Sequence record: MZ574432.2
Strand: one strand, 5' to 3'
Length of the DNA: 64,000 nt
The translations under genes and the position numbers were made by a program. Positions 44,427-52,926 of the stretch are shown here, piece after piece; position 1 is the first letter of the stretch, and the number at the start of each line of letters is the position of its first letter. Under the pieces are notes generated by a model that searched no databases, was not told the DNA's origin, and saw only the letters and a program-made list of their open reading frames with translations.

Positions 44427-44746
44427 CCCGCGCCCTCGAAGCTGAGATCGTCAAGCTGCTGGCCGAGATCAAGGACGCCGAGGCGCGCCTGTCGGCCCAG
44501 ACCGACTTCTGGGCGGAAAAGCAGCGCATCTATCTCGACGCCTGCGAAGCCACCGGCGATCCCAAGGTCCTGTCGGCCGCGCAGATCGCCGCCCAGGTGG
44601 CCTATGACCTGACGCTCGACGCGGTCGCCTTCAAGGGCGCCATGATCGTCAAGCTCAAGGACCTCAAGGCCCAGCGCCAGGACGCCATCGCCAAGAAGAC
44701 CGCCGCGCGCAAGACCCGCCGCGACGATGGACGCGAGGCTGCCTGA
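44423..44746 (+). CDS. Coiled-coil hypothetical protein
   Basis: Coupled at both ends. Confidence 0.7.
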   Translation: MTRALEAEIVKLLAEIKDAEARLSAQTDFWAEKQRIYLDACEATGDPKVLSAAQIAAQVAYDLTLDAVAFKGAMIVKLKDLKAQRQDAIAKKTAARKTRRDDGREAA

Positions 44747-45459
44747 TGCCGGTTCTCGCCAATGCCCGCCAGGAGCTTTACGCCAAGCACCGCGCCAACG
44801 GTTTCGTCGCCAAGAAGGCCGCCCAGGCCGCAGGCTACGCCACCGGCTCGGCCATCTATCAGGGTCTGGAAGAAGACCCCGAGATCATCGCCCGCATCCA
44901 GGAACTGATGGATGAGCGCGCCGAGGCCAAGGCCGCGCGCATGGCGGCGGCTCAAGCCAAGGCGCTCGCCGAAGGCCACACCGTCGGCACCATCACCGGC
45001 GTCTCCCACGCCTGGGTCATCGAGCAGTTGAAGATGAACGCCGAGGACGCCCGCGAGGCCGGCGACTTCAAGGAAAGCAACGCCTCCCTGAAGCTGATCG
45101 GCGAGGCCATGGGCATGTGGACCGGTTCGGGCAATGACGGCGGGCCGGGCGGCAGCTTCAATCCGAACGGCGGCGAAGGGGCCATGCAACTGATCGACCT
45201 GGACGCCATCGGCCAGCTTGTCCAGGTCACCGACCAGTTCCACGCCAAGCTCGAAGGTCCCACCGAAGTCAGCGTCGACCAGCGCGACACCGCCATGATG
45301 CTGATCGCCGGCCAGGGGACCAAGAGCCTTGCGCCCCAGCGCGAGATGTCCACCGGCAGCGAGACCGACGCCGCCCTCCAGATGCTCGACGCCCTGGACG
45401 AAAACCTCCTCGAACTGGCACGCGAAGTTCCCCCGCCGGCCCCTGAAATTCTCGACTAA
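44746..45459 (+). CDS. terS: Terminase small subunit
   Basis: N-terminal LANARQELYAKH..G...KAAQAAGY HTH pattern; upstream of terL. Confidence 0.75.
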   Translation: MPVLANARQELYAKHRANGFVAKKAAQAAGYATGSAIYQGLEEDPEIIARIQELMDERAEAKAARMAAAQAKALAEGHTVGTITGVSHAWVIEQLKMNAEDAREAGDFKESNASLKLIGEAMGMWTGSGNDGGPGGSFNPNGGEGAMQLIDLDAIGQLVQVTDQFHAKLEGPTEVSVDQRDTAMMLIAGQGTKSLAPQREMSTGSETDAALQMLDALDENLLELAREVPPPAPEILD

Positions 45460-45476
45460 GGACAAGACCTAAGACC

Positions 45477-45629
45477 ATGACTCAAGCCGCTCCCCGCACC
45501 ACCTTCAAGGCCTTTTTGCTGAATGGCACCGCCATCCACAATCAGACGGCCCTGATGCACGAGGTGCGCATCCCGTCCGCCTATGGCCCGATGCGCGCAT
45601 GGCAACTGATCGCCGAGCGCTACGAATGA
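45477..45629 (+). CDS. Small hypothetical protein (50 aa)
   Basis: ORF between terS and terL, ATGA-coupled to next gene. Confidence 0.45.
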   Translation: MTQAAPRTTFKAFLLNGTAIHNQTALMHEVRIPSAYGPMRAWQLIAERYE

Positions 45630-45766
45630 GGCCCTCGACGCTCGCCCTGGGGCTGGCCGCGATCGTGGCGGCCCTGGCCTTGCGCCTGACCGGCCCGGTC
45701 AGCGCCCGCTCCAAGCTTCTGTCGCTGGCCACCAGACCCCCGTGGGTCGGCCGCAAGCTTCCCTAA
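45626..45766 (+). CDS. Small hydrophobic peptide (46 aa)
   Basis: MRPSTLALGLAAIVAALAL. Confidence 0.4.
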   Translation: MRPSTLALGLAAIVAALALRLTGPVSARSKLLSLATRPPWVGRKLP

Positions 45767-45857
45767 AACCCCACCCCAAGAGCCCGCCCGATCAACGAGG
45801 CGGGCCTTGCCATATTCGCTTCGATGACGAGCCGCCCACCAACCTGGACGACTCAAA

Positions 45858-48683
45858 GTGACCTCCGCTTCTGCTCTTGGCCTGGATTTTTCCAAGGCGC
45901 CGATTTCTCCCTATCCGCACGAGGAGCGCTCCAAGCGCCGTGAGGGCGTGCGCCGCATGCGCAAGCTCTCCGACGACGTGCGCTATTTCGTCGATCGCGG
46001 CCTTGAGCCGGACCCGACCATCGCCCAGGTCGCCAACGCCATCACCGGCGTGACCGACCCGCGCATGCAGGTCAACCTGCTCGACCAGATCGCCGACAAA
46101 ATCCAGCACGAGCACCTGGAGAAGCTCTCGGCCCTGGCCAAGAACGATTTCTCGGCCTTCTGCGAGGTGATCAGCCCCGAGGAGCCGCCCGAGAGCCCTT
46201 GGCACATCTGGCTGACCAACTTCCTGCAAGAGGTCGAGATGAGCCCCGACCTCAACAAGGTCGTGCTCAACGTGCCGCCCGGCCACGCCAAGCCCCTGGC
46301 CGACACCACCCCGGTGCTGATGGGCGACGGCGCCTACAAGCTCTTGCGCGACGTCAAGGTCGGCGACGAGGTCTGGACCCATGCGCGCCGCGCCCGGCCG
46401 GTGACGGCGGTCCATGACCAGGGCAAGCTGGCCACCGTCTGGGTCGAGACCACCGCCGGCCGCCGCGTCCAGGCCGCGCTCGATCACCCGTTCCTGGTCA
46501 AGCTCGGCGAGCGTGAGGATGGCAGCCCCATCGCCGAATGGATCAATGCCGGCGATCTGCGTCCGGGCATGGACCTTGTCGTGGCCGCCCACAGCGCGCC
46601 TTCGCTCGCCCACCTGCGCTATGACGGCGACCACACCGACTACGACGCCTTCCTGCACCGCGCCCGCATGCTCGGCTACATGGCCATCGGCGGGGCGCTG
46701 CACTGGCAGAAGTCCAAGACCCAGGTCACCCCCTCGCCGGACTTCCGCCTGTCGACCCACAAGCGCCCGCTGATGAAGGCCATCCTGTCCCTGGTCAAGA
46801 AGGACCTGGGCCACCACATGAGCGTCTGCAAGGTCTCCTCGCAGAACACCTTCGTCGCGCGCCTGGGCGTCAAGGCCTTCCGCGACCTCAACGCCGGCGA
46901 CTGGTTCACCTACGAGCCTGAGAAGCGCCGCGCCCCGCCGGCCATCTTCACCGCCTCCAAGGAAGAGATCGCCGCCTTCATCGGCGCGGCCTTCACCCTG
47001 CGCGGCGAGGTCATCCGCCGGCTCAAGGGCAAGAACCTGCGCCTCTACCATCGCTCGCAAGACCTGCTGAGCGACATCCAGAAGCTGTGCGCGACCCTCG
47101 GCGCGTTTTCCAGCCTCGACAGGGGCGATCCCGACTTTGGCGGCCGACCCTGCCTGAACCTCGACTTCGGGGCTGTGGAGGCCCTCCAGGCCGCCGGAGT
47201 GACCTTTGATGCGGAGACCGACGCTGACCTCGCCGCACAGCCGCCCAAGGTCCTGGGTCAGGCCTTCGACGCGGGGCTGGACGCGGTGGTCTCGGTCATG
47301 CCCGGCAAGAAGGCTCCTTGCCTGTGCCTGACGGTCGAGGAGGACCACAGTTTCACCGCCGAGACCCTGGTGGTCAAGAACTCCACCTACGCCTCGCGCC
47401 TGTTCGTGGCGTGGCGCCTGGGGCGTGACCCCAACCAGCGCATCATCGGCGGCGGCCACAGCCAGAACTTTGTCGAGAACGAGTTCTCCTCGAAAATCCG
47501 CGACATCGTCGAGAGCCCCGAATACCAGAAGGTGTTCCCGGCCGTGGTCATCGACCACAAGACCAACGCCAAGCAGCAGTGGAAGCTGGCCGGCTACAAG
47601 GGCCAGTACGTCGCGCGCGGCGTGGGCCAGGGCATCCACGGTTTCCGCGCCACCTTCATCTGCGTCGATGACCCCTACTCCAAGATCGAGGACGCCAACA
47701 GCCCCGTTCACCGCCGCAAGGTCGAGCAGTGGTTCGACGCCGACATCGGCTCGCGCGCCCTGCCCGGCTGCAAGACTTTCCTGATCATGACCCGCTTCCA
47801 TGGTGAAGACCTCACCAATCACCTGGAAGAGATGAATAAGGTTTTGCCGGCCGATGCACAGTGGAAGATTGTCACTGTACCTGCGATTTGTTTTGACGAA
47901 GACACTGACTTGCTAGGCCGCAAGGTCGGTGAACTTTTGTGGGATTACTATCCGCTGAGCTACTTCGTTGATAAGAAAGTACAATTTGGATTTCTGGGTT
48001 TCGCCCTCACCTACCAACAAGTCTCTTCGGCGGCCAATCCCGACAATATCGCCAGCAAGTTCAATTTCTACGATTATTTGCCTCACGAGTCGCCTGAGGC
48101 CCTGGCCCGCGCCCCCAAGGATCAGTTCGGAAGACCCCAGCCGGACCTGTCGGATTTTTACCGGCGCACGATCGTCTCGGTCGACACCGCCGCCAAGACC
48201 ACCGAACGGGCCGACTACACCGTCGTCCAGGTCTGGCGCGAGGATTTCAAGGGCAACCACTATCTGGTCCACCAGGACCGCCGGAAGGTGGAATTCAACG
48301 ACCTGATCGCCATGATCGAGGGGCCGGCCCTGAAATACCGGGCCGATCAAATCCTCGTCGAGGACAAGGGCTCGGGCACTCAGTACCTGCAAAATCGCGG
48401 CGCCACCGACAGCCAGAAGCGTCAGGCCCCCGCGCCCCTGGTAGCGGTCAATCCCGGCGTGGCCGGCAAGGAGTTCCGTTTCGACGGCGTGACCCCGATG
48501 ATCACCGCCGGCGAGGTCTGGCTGCCCAAGAACGCCCCCTGGATCGAGCAGCTTCTGGTCGAAATCGGCCAGTTCCCCGACAGCGCCCACGATGACCAAG
48601 TCGACGCCCTGTCGCAGTACCTCAACCACGCCAAGAAGAACCGCACCCGCTACGGCAGCCGCAAGATCACCAAGCATACCTGA
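45858..48683 (+). CDS. terL: Terminase large subunit with intein
   Basis: Walker A PPGHAK|ST split by intein; Walker B FICVDDP; nuclease VSVD, VEDKGSG, HDDQVDA. Confidence 0.95.
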   Translation: MTSASALGLDFSKAPISPYPHEERSKRREGVRRMRKLSDDVRYFVDRGLEPDPTIAQVANAITGVTDPRMQVNLLDQIADKIQHEHLEKLSALAKNDFSAFCEVISPEEPPESPWHIWLTNFLQEVEMSPDLNKVVLNVPPGHAKPLADTTPVLMGDGAYKLLRDVKVGDEVWTHARRARPVTAVHDQGKLATVWVETTAGRRVQAALDHPFLVKLGEREDGSPIAEWINAGDLRPGMDLVVAAHSAPSLAHLRYDGDHTDYDAFLHRARMLGYMAIGGALHWQKSKTQVTPSPDFRLSTHKRPLMKAILSLVKKDLGHHMSVCKVSSQNTFVARLGVKAFRDLNAGDWFTYEPEKRRAPPAIFTASKEEIAAFIGAAFTLRGEVIRRLKGKNLRLYHRSQDLLSDIQKLCATLGAFSSLDRGDPDFGGRPCLNLDFGAVEALQAAGVTFDAETDADLAAQPPKVLGQAFDAGLDAVVSVMPGKKAPCLCLTVEEDHSFTAETLVVKNSTYASRLFVAWRLGRDPNQRIIGGGHSQNFVENEFSSKIRDIVESPEYQKVFPAVVIDHKTNAKQQWKLAGYKGQYVARGVGQGIHGFRATFICVDDPYSKIEDANSPVHRRKVEQWFDADIGSRALPGCKTFLIMTRFHGEDLTNHLEEMNKVLPADAQWKIVTVPAICFDEDTDLLGRKVGELLWDYYPLSYFVDKKVQFGFLGFALTYQQVSSAANPDNIASKFNFYDYLPHESPEALARAPKDQFGRPQPDLSDFYRRTIVSVDTAAKTTERADYTVVQVWREDFKGNHYLVHQDRRKVEFNDLIAMIEGPALKYRADQILVEDKGSGTQYLQNRGATDSQKRQAPAPLVAVNPGVAGKEFRFDGVTPMITAGEVWLPKNAPWIEQLLVEIGQFPDSAHDDQVDALSQYLNHAKKNRTRYGSRKITKHT
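46293..47381 (+). mobile_element. Intein (363 aa, Pro1...Asn, +1 Ser) with degenerate LAGLIDADG domain
   Basis: PLADTTPV block A, DHPF block B, CLCLTV..HSF block F, VVKN|S block G. Confidence 0.9.
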
Positions 48684-49123
48684 TGAGCACCCTGGCCTAC
48701 AAAGACGGCGTCCTGGCCGCAGACACTCGCGTCACCGACGGAGGTGTCATTGTCGGCTCGGTGTCCAAAATCCGCCGTGTCGGACCGGTCCTGATCGCTG
48801 GCTGCGGGGACCTGCTGGACTTGGAACGTTTCCACGTCTGGGTGAAGGCGGGCCTGGAGGATGGCTTTGCAGTGGAAGACAGTGAGTGCTGGTTGATCGC
48901 ACCGGGCCACCCGTTTCTGGTCTTCGAGGCCACGGGCTTTCTGAGCCTGGAGGCGCCGTTTCATGCGGCGGGCTCGGGCGGCAAGTTCGCGCGCGGCGCC
49001 CTGTCGATGGGCGCAGATGCGGTTGAGGCGATCCGATGCGCTCAGCAGCACGACACCCTAAGCGGTGGCCCCATCGACGTCCTCTACCTCGACGGCCGCC
49101 CCAGTCAACGGCTGGCCATCTGA
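48683..49123 (+). CDS. HslV / proteasome-beta-like (Ntn) peptidase
   Basis: MSTLAY..GVLAADTRVT, AAGSGG, DTLSGG. Confidence 0.75.
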   Translation: MSTLAYKDGVLAADTRVTDGGVIVGSVSKIRRVGPVLIAGCGDLLDLERFHVWVKAGLEDGFAVEDSECWLIAPGHPFLVFEATGFLSLEAPFHAAGSGGKFARGALSMGADAVEAIRCAQQHDTLSGGPIDVLYLDGRPSQRLAI

Positions 49124-49142
49124 CTTTGCGGCCTGTGGGCTG

Positions 49143-49186
49143 CGTTAACCATGTTTGTTTACCCTCTTCGCCGCGTTAACCTTAAC
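49143..49186. promoter_or_regulatory. CtrA-like half-site cluster
   Basis: GCGTTAACCATGTTTGTTTA (inverted copy of 50945 and 54547) and GTTAACCTTAAC. Confidence 0.55.
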
Positions 49187-49242
49187 AAAATCCCAGGTAG
49201 TACCCGGTATGGCCGGTACTACCGGCGGTAATACCGGAGAAA

Positions 49243-49779
49243 ATGCCCGTGCTTCGCTATCTGAGCGCCCTTTTCGACCACATCGTCCACTACAAGCTCG
49301 CCCCCGCCCACCTGAAGGTGGAGAACCAGTACGCCCTGGAGCGCCTCAAGGCCGTCGACCGCGAGATCGCCGCTGGCCGCTATGAGGGCGCCGACCTCTA
49401 TGGCTCGCGCTCCTGGACCTTCTGGCGCCTGAGCCCCACCGAGCGGCTCAAGCGCGCCAACAAGGCCATCGAAGGCCGCTATGGCCGCTTCCACGCCGGC
49501 GTCAATCTGGCCGCCCCGATCACCCCGGCCCGCCCTGACGCGCGCGATCGCCGCGTCCTGGGTCACAACGCCGCCTATGACGCCGATCTGGTCCTGGGCT
49601 TTCACGATGCGCGTGAGGCCGTCGATGTCGCCCCCGCCCACATCGAGCGCTATCCACGCTACAGCGAACTGCCCGCGTCCCTGCCGGCCCACCTCGACAA
49701 GGACAGCTTCCTGGACTCCCATCCAGCCGACACCGGCGGGGACCCGTTCGCCTTGGCCTCGGGGACCCTGGCCAAATAG
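49243..49779 (+). CDS. Hypothetical protein
   Basis: GGAG RBS, GC3-rich. Confidence 0.7.
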   Translation: MPVLRYLSALFDHIVHYKLAPAHLKVENQYALERLKAVDREIAAGRYEGADLYGSRSWTFWRLSPTERLKRANKAIEGRYGRFHAGVNLAAPITPARPDARDRRVLGHNAAYDADLVLGFHDAREAVDVAPAHIERYPRYSELPASLPAHLDKDSFLDSHPADTGGDPFALASGTLAK

Positions 49780-49840
49780 CGTCAGGGACCCTGGCCAAAT
49801 CACGTCGGGGACCCTGGCCCAAACCGGTCAGGGACCCTGC
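49762..49840. repeat. Four GGGACCCTG(GCCAAA) repeats, 23-bp period
   Basis: Copies start at 49762, 49785, 49808, 49831. Confidence 0.85.
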
Positions 49841-49863
49841 GACTTTTCGTTTCCAAGGCCGCC

Positions 49864-50001
49864 ATGAATTACCTGCCCATCCTCGCCTTCTGCGCCACCC
49901 TGATCGTCCTGACCCTGGTCTGCGCCTCCTTGCGCCTGTTCCGCGCCCAGGGCGATCTGCACACGCTCGCCCACGATCTGGCCGGCCTACCCCGGTCATA
50001 G
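49864..50001 (+). CDS. Small TM peptide (45 aa)
   Basis: MNYLPILAFCATLIVLTLVCASL. Confidence 0.5.
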   Translation: MNYLPILAFCATLIVLTLVCASLRLFRAQGDLHTLAHDLAGLPRS

Positions 50002-50610
50002 TTCAGGGCAATCATGACAGGGTTTGATTTCATTGAGGAATTTCGGCCGCTGTCATCTTTCAGAGTGTTTCACGCATGCCCCGCGCCCTCGAAATCCACC
50101 CATTTTGGGCGAAATCGCTCGATCTCCTGATCTGGACCATCGCCTGGATCATGCTGGCCAAGGACGAGGTGCTCGGACCACCCACCAAGAGGCCGTGGTT
50201 GTCAAGACCCGCCTGAAATCGTGTCATAGATGGGCGGATTCGTGACAGAGTGGGCGAAAATAAACCCAAAAAGCCTACCAAGGCCCTGAAATCACAGCGA
50301 GAATCCTATTCTCCGCCGTTTCTGCGGCGATTGGGCCGCCTATTCGCCGCATGTCGCCCCCGATGGCGCCGTACCGCAGCGCTTGACACGCCATTCGCCG
50401 CCGATTAGACGAAAGGCTCGGGACCGGCGAGGGGATGTCCACCCTCTCGCGCAGGACCTGCCCTGGAGCTAGGCTTAAGCCGCCTTCTAGCCTCGCGCTC
50501 CAGGGGACCTCGTCGAGCGGCAGGCCCCCATGCAGAGCCGCTCGACCCTGACGCCCGCCCTGGCCGCCCCCCGCGCGCCTCGGCGGGCGTCTTGCATTTG
50601 GGACCTTAAC

Positions 50611-50843
50611 TTGACGTCGGATCATTTCCCCCAGGCGCCGGGCCGGCCGATGTCGACGATCCTCGACATTGACAGGTGTCACCGATCGTCGACTTGACGT
50701 CGGATCATTTCGCCCAGACTTGACGCAAGCGCATTTTGCCGGGCGACTTGACGCGAGCGCATTTTTCAAATTTGACGCGAACGCATTTCGAATTTGACGC
50801 GCAAGCATTTCGTTTCCAAACTTGACTTGACGTCATTTCATTT
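50611..50843. repeat. Eight TTGAC(G/T)-N6-CATTT repeats
   Basis: Starts at 50611, 50694, 50720, 50748, 50772, 50794, 50822, 50827. Confidence 0.85.
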
Positions 50844-50871
50844 CTTGACCTGACCGCGTTCCGATTCCCCT

Positions 50872-51147
50872 GGTTAACGAAGAAGGTTAACGGCCGGTTA
50901 ACCATTGGGCCGTTAGGGTTAATTTTTAGGGTTAACACCCATGGTAAACAAACATGGTTAACGCGCCTTAAGGTTAACCGTTAGGGTTAATGCGCGTTAA
51001 GGTTAACGCCCTTAGGGTAAAGGGGCCGTTAGGGTTAACGCCCAGGCCCGCAGCGTTAAGGTTAACCCCGCCAGGGCGCGCGTTAGGGTTAATCCCGAGG
51101 CCCTGAGGCGTTAAGGTTAACGAAAAGGGCCAAAAATTAGGGTTAAG
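50872..51147. repeat. Dense TTA(A/G)GGTTAA / CtrA-like array
   Basis: About 11 copies of TTARGGTTAA; canonical TTAA-N7-TTAA at 50887-50901. Confidence 0.85.
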
Positions 51148-51472
51148 ACGCGGAAAATCGCCCAAAATCCACGATTTTGGGGTCAAAATGGCCATTTTTA
51201 GCGGTTTTTCGGCCGATTTTGGGCCTTCTAGCCCGTTTTTGGGTTAATTTCGGCGAGTCGCCCGGTTTTGGGTGTGCCCTGAGCGGCGGCGCGCGACCTG
51301 TCGTGATCCCAGGTCGCGCGCGGGTCAATGCAGGAGCCAGAGCAGGAACGCCAGCGTCAGCAGTGACCATCCGTTCAAAAGCTTCAGGCGCTCGCCTCCT
51401 TGGTTGCCGTGGCCGCTCGCCACGTTCAGACCCTAGCGCATAAGAAAAGTGTTGCCAAGCCCAACAATGCAG

Positions 51473-51501
51473 TTGACAGCATAATTCTGCTATGCGACAA
51501 A
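51473..51501 (+). promoter_or_regulatory. Early-type promoter 1
   Basis: TTGACA...ATGCGACAA. Confidence 0.75.
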
Positions 51502-51528
51502 GGCTCATCGAAACGAGGAGCCGCCCAC

Positions 51529-51669
51529 ATGTGGGAAGTCAAGACCTTCAAGACCCGCCTCGCCAAGGAGGCCTGGATCGCCCGCAATGAGGCGCGTTAC
51601 CAGATCGTCGAGATCGTGGTCGCCAACGCCTACGGCGTCGAATTCAAGCCCCTGCGACGCATCGGCTAG
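51529..51669 (+). CDS. Small hypothetical protein (46 aa)
   Basis: GAGGAG RBS, first gene after promoter. Confidence 0.7.
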   Translation: MWEVKTFKTRLAKEAWIARNEARYQIVEIVVANAYGVEFKPLRRIG

Positions 51670-51687
51670 ACACGAAAGGAAAGCCCC

Positions 51688-51879
51688 ATGATTCCGCCCG
51701 AGGTCCTCAACCCGCGCGACTACTGGACCCCCATCGCCACGCGTCAGAAAGCCGAGGCCCTCGCCGAACGCTACGCGGTGGACGACTACGAGGCGCCCGG
51801 AACCTACACCGTCGAAGAAAAGGGCGCGGCCTTCGCCATCGCCTATTACGAAGACGGCGAATTCATCGCCTACGTCTAG
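51688..51879 (+). CDS. Small hypothetical protein
   Basis: AAGGA RBS. Confidence 0.7.
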   Translation: MIPPEVLNPRDYWTPIATRQKAEALAERYAVDDYEAPGTYTVEEKGAAFAIAYYEDGEFIAYV

Positions 51880-51884
51880 GCCAG

Positions 51885-51918
51885 ACCCGGCGCCCCCTCC
51901 CCAGGGCGCCGGGTTTTT
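51885..51918 (+). terminator. Intrinsic terminator
   Basis: CCCGGCGCCC/GGGCGCCGGG stem followed by TTTTT. Confidence 0.85.
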
Positions 51919-51932
51919 CCTGGCGCCCAGCC

Positions 51933-52005
51933 GTTAAGGTTAACCCGGCGTTAAGGTTAACGCCCCATTAGGGTTAACGCCGCGTTAGGGTTAATCGGCC
52001 ATTAA
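51933..52005. promoter_or_regulatory. Four tandem CtrA-like boxes, 17-bp period
   Basis: TTAA-N7-TTA(A/G) at 51940, 51957, 51974, 51991. Confidence 0.75.
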
Positions 52006-52024
52006 CCCTCCAGGCGAAAATAGT

Positions 52025-52065
52025 GCAAGAAAGCGGTTGACTGCATATCAGGCCTATGCGACAAG
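52025..52065 (+). promoter_or_regulatory. Early-type promoter 2
   Basis: GCAAGAAAGCGGTTGACT...ATGCGACAAG. Confidence 0.8.
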
Positions 52066-52092
52066 AGGGCGTCCCCAACGAGGAGGCCTCTC

Positions 52093-52728
52093 ATGGCTCT
52101 GCCGGAACACCTTTTCATCGCCGATCACGGCGACCTCTACGATACCCGCGTCGAAGGCTGGAGCGCCAAGGCGCCCCTGCGCCGCGCCTATCGCGTCGCC
52201 CTGCCCAAAATCGAGAGCATGGGCCACGTCAAGGCCGCGCTGCGCTATGGCGACACGACTGACCTGGGCGGCTATCCGCTCTACTTCGTCACGCGCGATG
52301 GCGCGGCGCTGTCGTTCGAGAGCGCCCGCAAGATGCTCTATCAGATCGCGCTCGACTTCCAAGCCGACGCCTCGACCGGCTGGCGCATCGCCGCCGTCCA
52401 GATCAACTATGAGGACGGCGACTTGCGTTGCGATCATAGTGGCGAGCGCATCCCCTGCGCCTACAATGACCCCGAAGTCATGGCCTGGGCGAGCGGCTCC
52501 AACGTGTCGGGCTTCATGCCGGACAACGAGCCTTCCCATCATGCGACCTGGGAAGAGGCCCGCGACGCGCTCAAGCAAGACATCGAATTCGCGCGCGAGG
52601 CCTGCGAGGAGGGGAGCGAGGAGGACGGCCAATTCGCCCACGTCCTCGACGTCCTGGCCACGCTCCAAGAGGGCGCGGAATTCAACTACGGCGCCAACGG
52701 TTACCGTTGGTGGGTCGAAAAGCTCTAG
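52093..52728 (+). CDS. Hypothetical early protein
   Basis: GAGGAGG RBS; GGYPLYF..DG, INYED..LRCD. Confidence 0.8.
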   Translation: MALPEHLFIADHGDLYDTRVEGWSAKAPLRRAYRVALPKIESMGHVKAALRYGDTTDLGGYPLYFVTRDGAALSFESARKMLYQIALDFQADASTGWRIAAVQINYEDGDLRCDHSGERIPCAYNDPEVMAWASGSNVSGFMPDNEPSHHATWEEARDALKQDIEFAREACEEGSEEDGQFAHVLDVLATLQEGAEFNYGANGYRWWVEKL

Positions 52729-52742
52729 CGAAAGGAACGCCC

Positions 52743-52889
52743 ATGTTCATCCTGATTGTCGGCAATCCCGTCGATGGCTACGCCTATTATGGTCCCTTCC
52801 ATGACCATGACGATGCGACCAACTATGCCGAGAACACCGGCACGGAAGGAAACCCTTGGTGGGTCGCGCCGCTTGAAGAGGCCGAGTAA
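52743..52889 (+). CDS. Small hypothetical protein
   Basis: AAGGA RBS. Confidence 0.65.
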   Translation: MFILIVGNPVDGYAYYGPFHDHDDATNYAENTGTEGNPWWVAPLEEAE

Positions 52890-52926
52890 CCCCGCGATCT
52901 AAACCCCCTTTAAGAGGAGACCGCCC

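Noticed and set aside
45792-47822. 676-aa minus-strand ORF (likewise 34565-35677, 38741-39904, 5949-7169 and others)
   Set aside because: Shadow ORFs antisense to genes with strong GC3 bias; no RBS or motifs.
50913-51147. TTAGGG hexamers resembling vertebrate telomere repeats
   Set aside because: They are not tandem, alternate with TTAAGG, and are explained as joined TTAA/TTAG half-sites.
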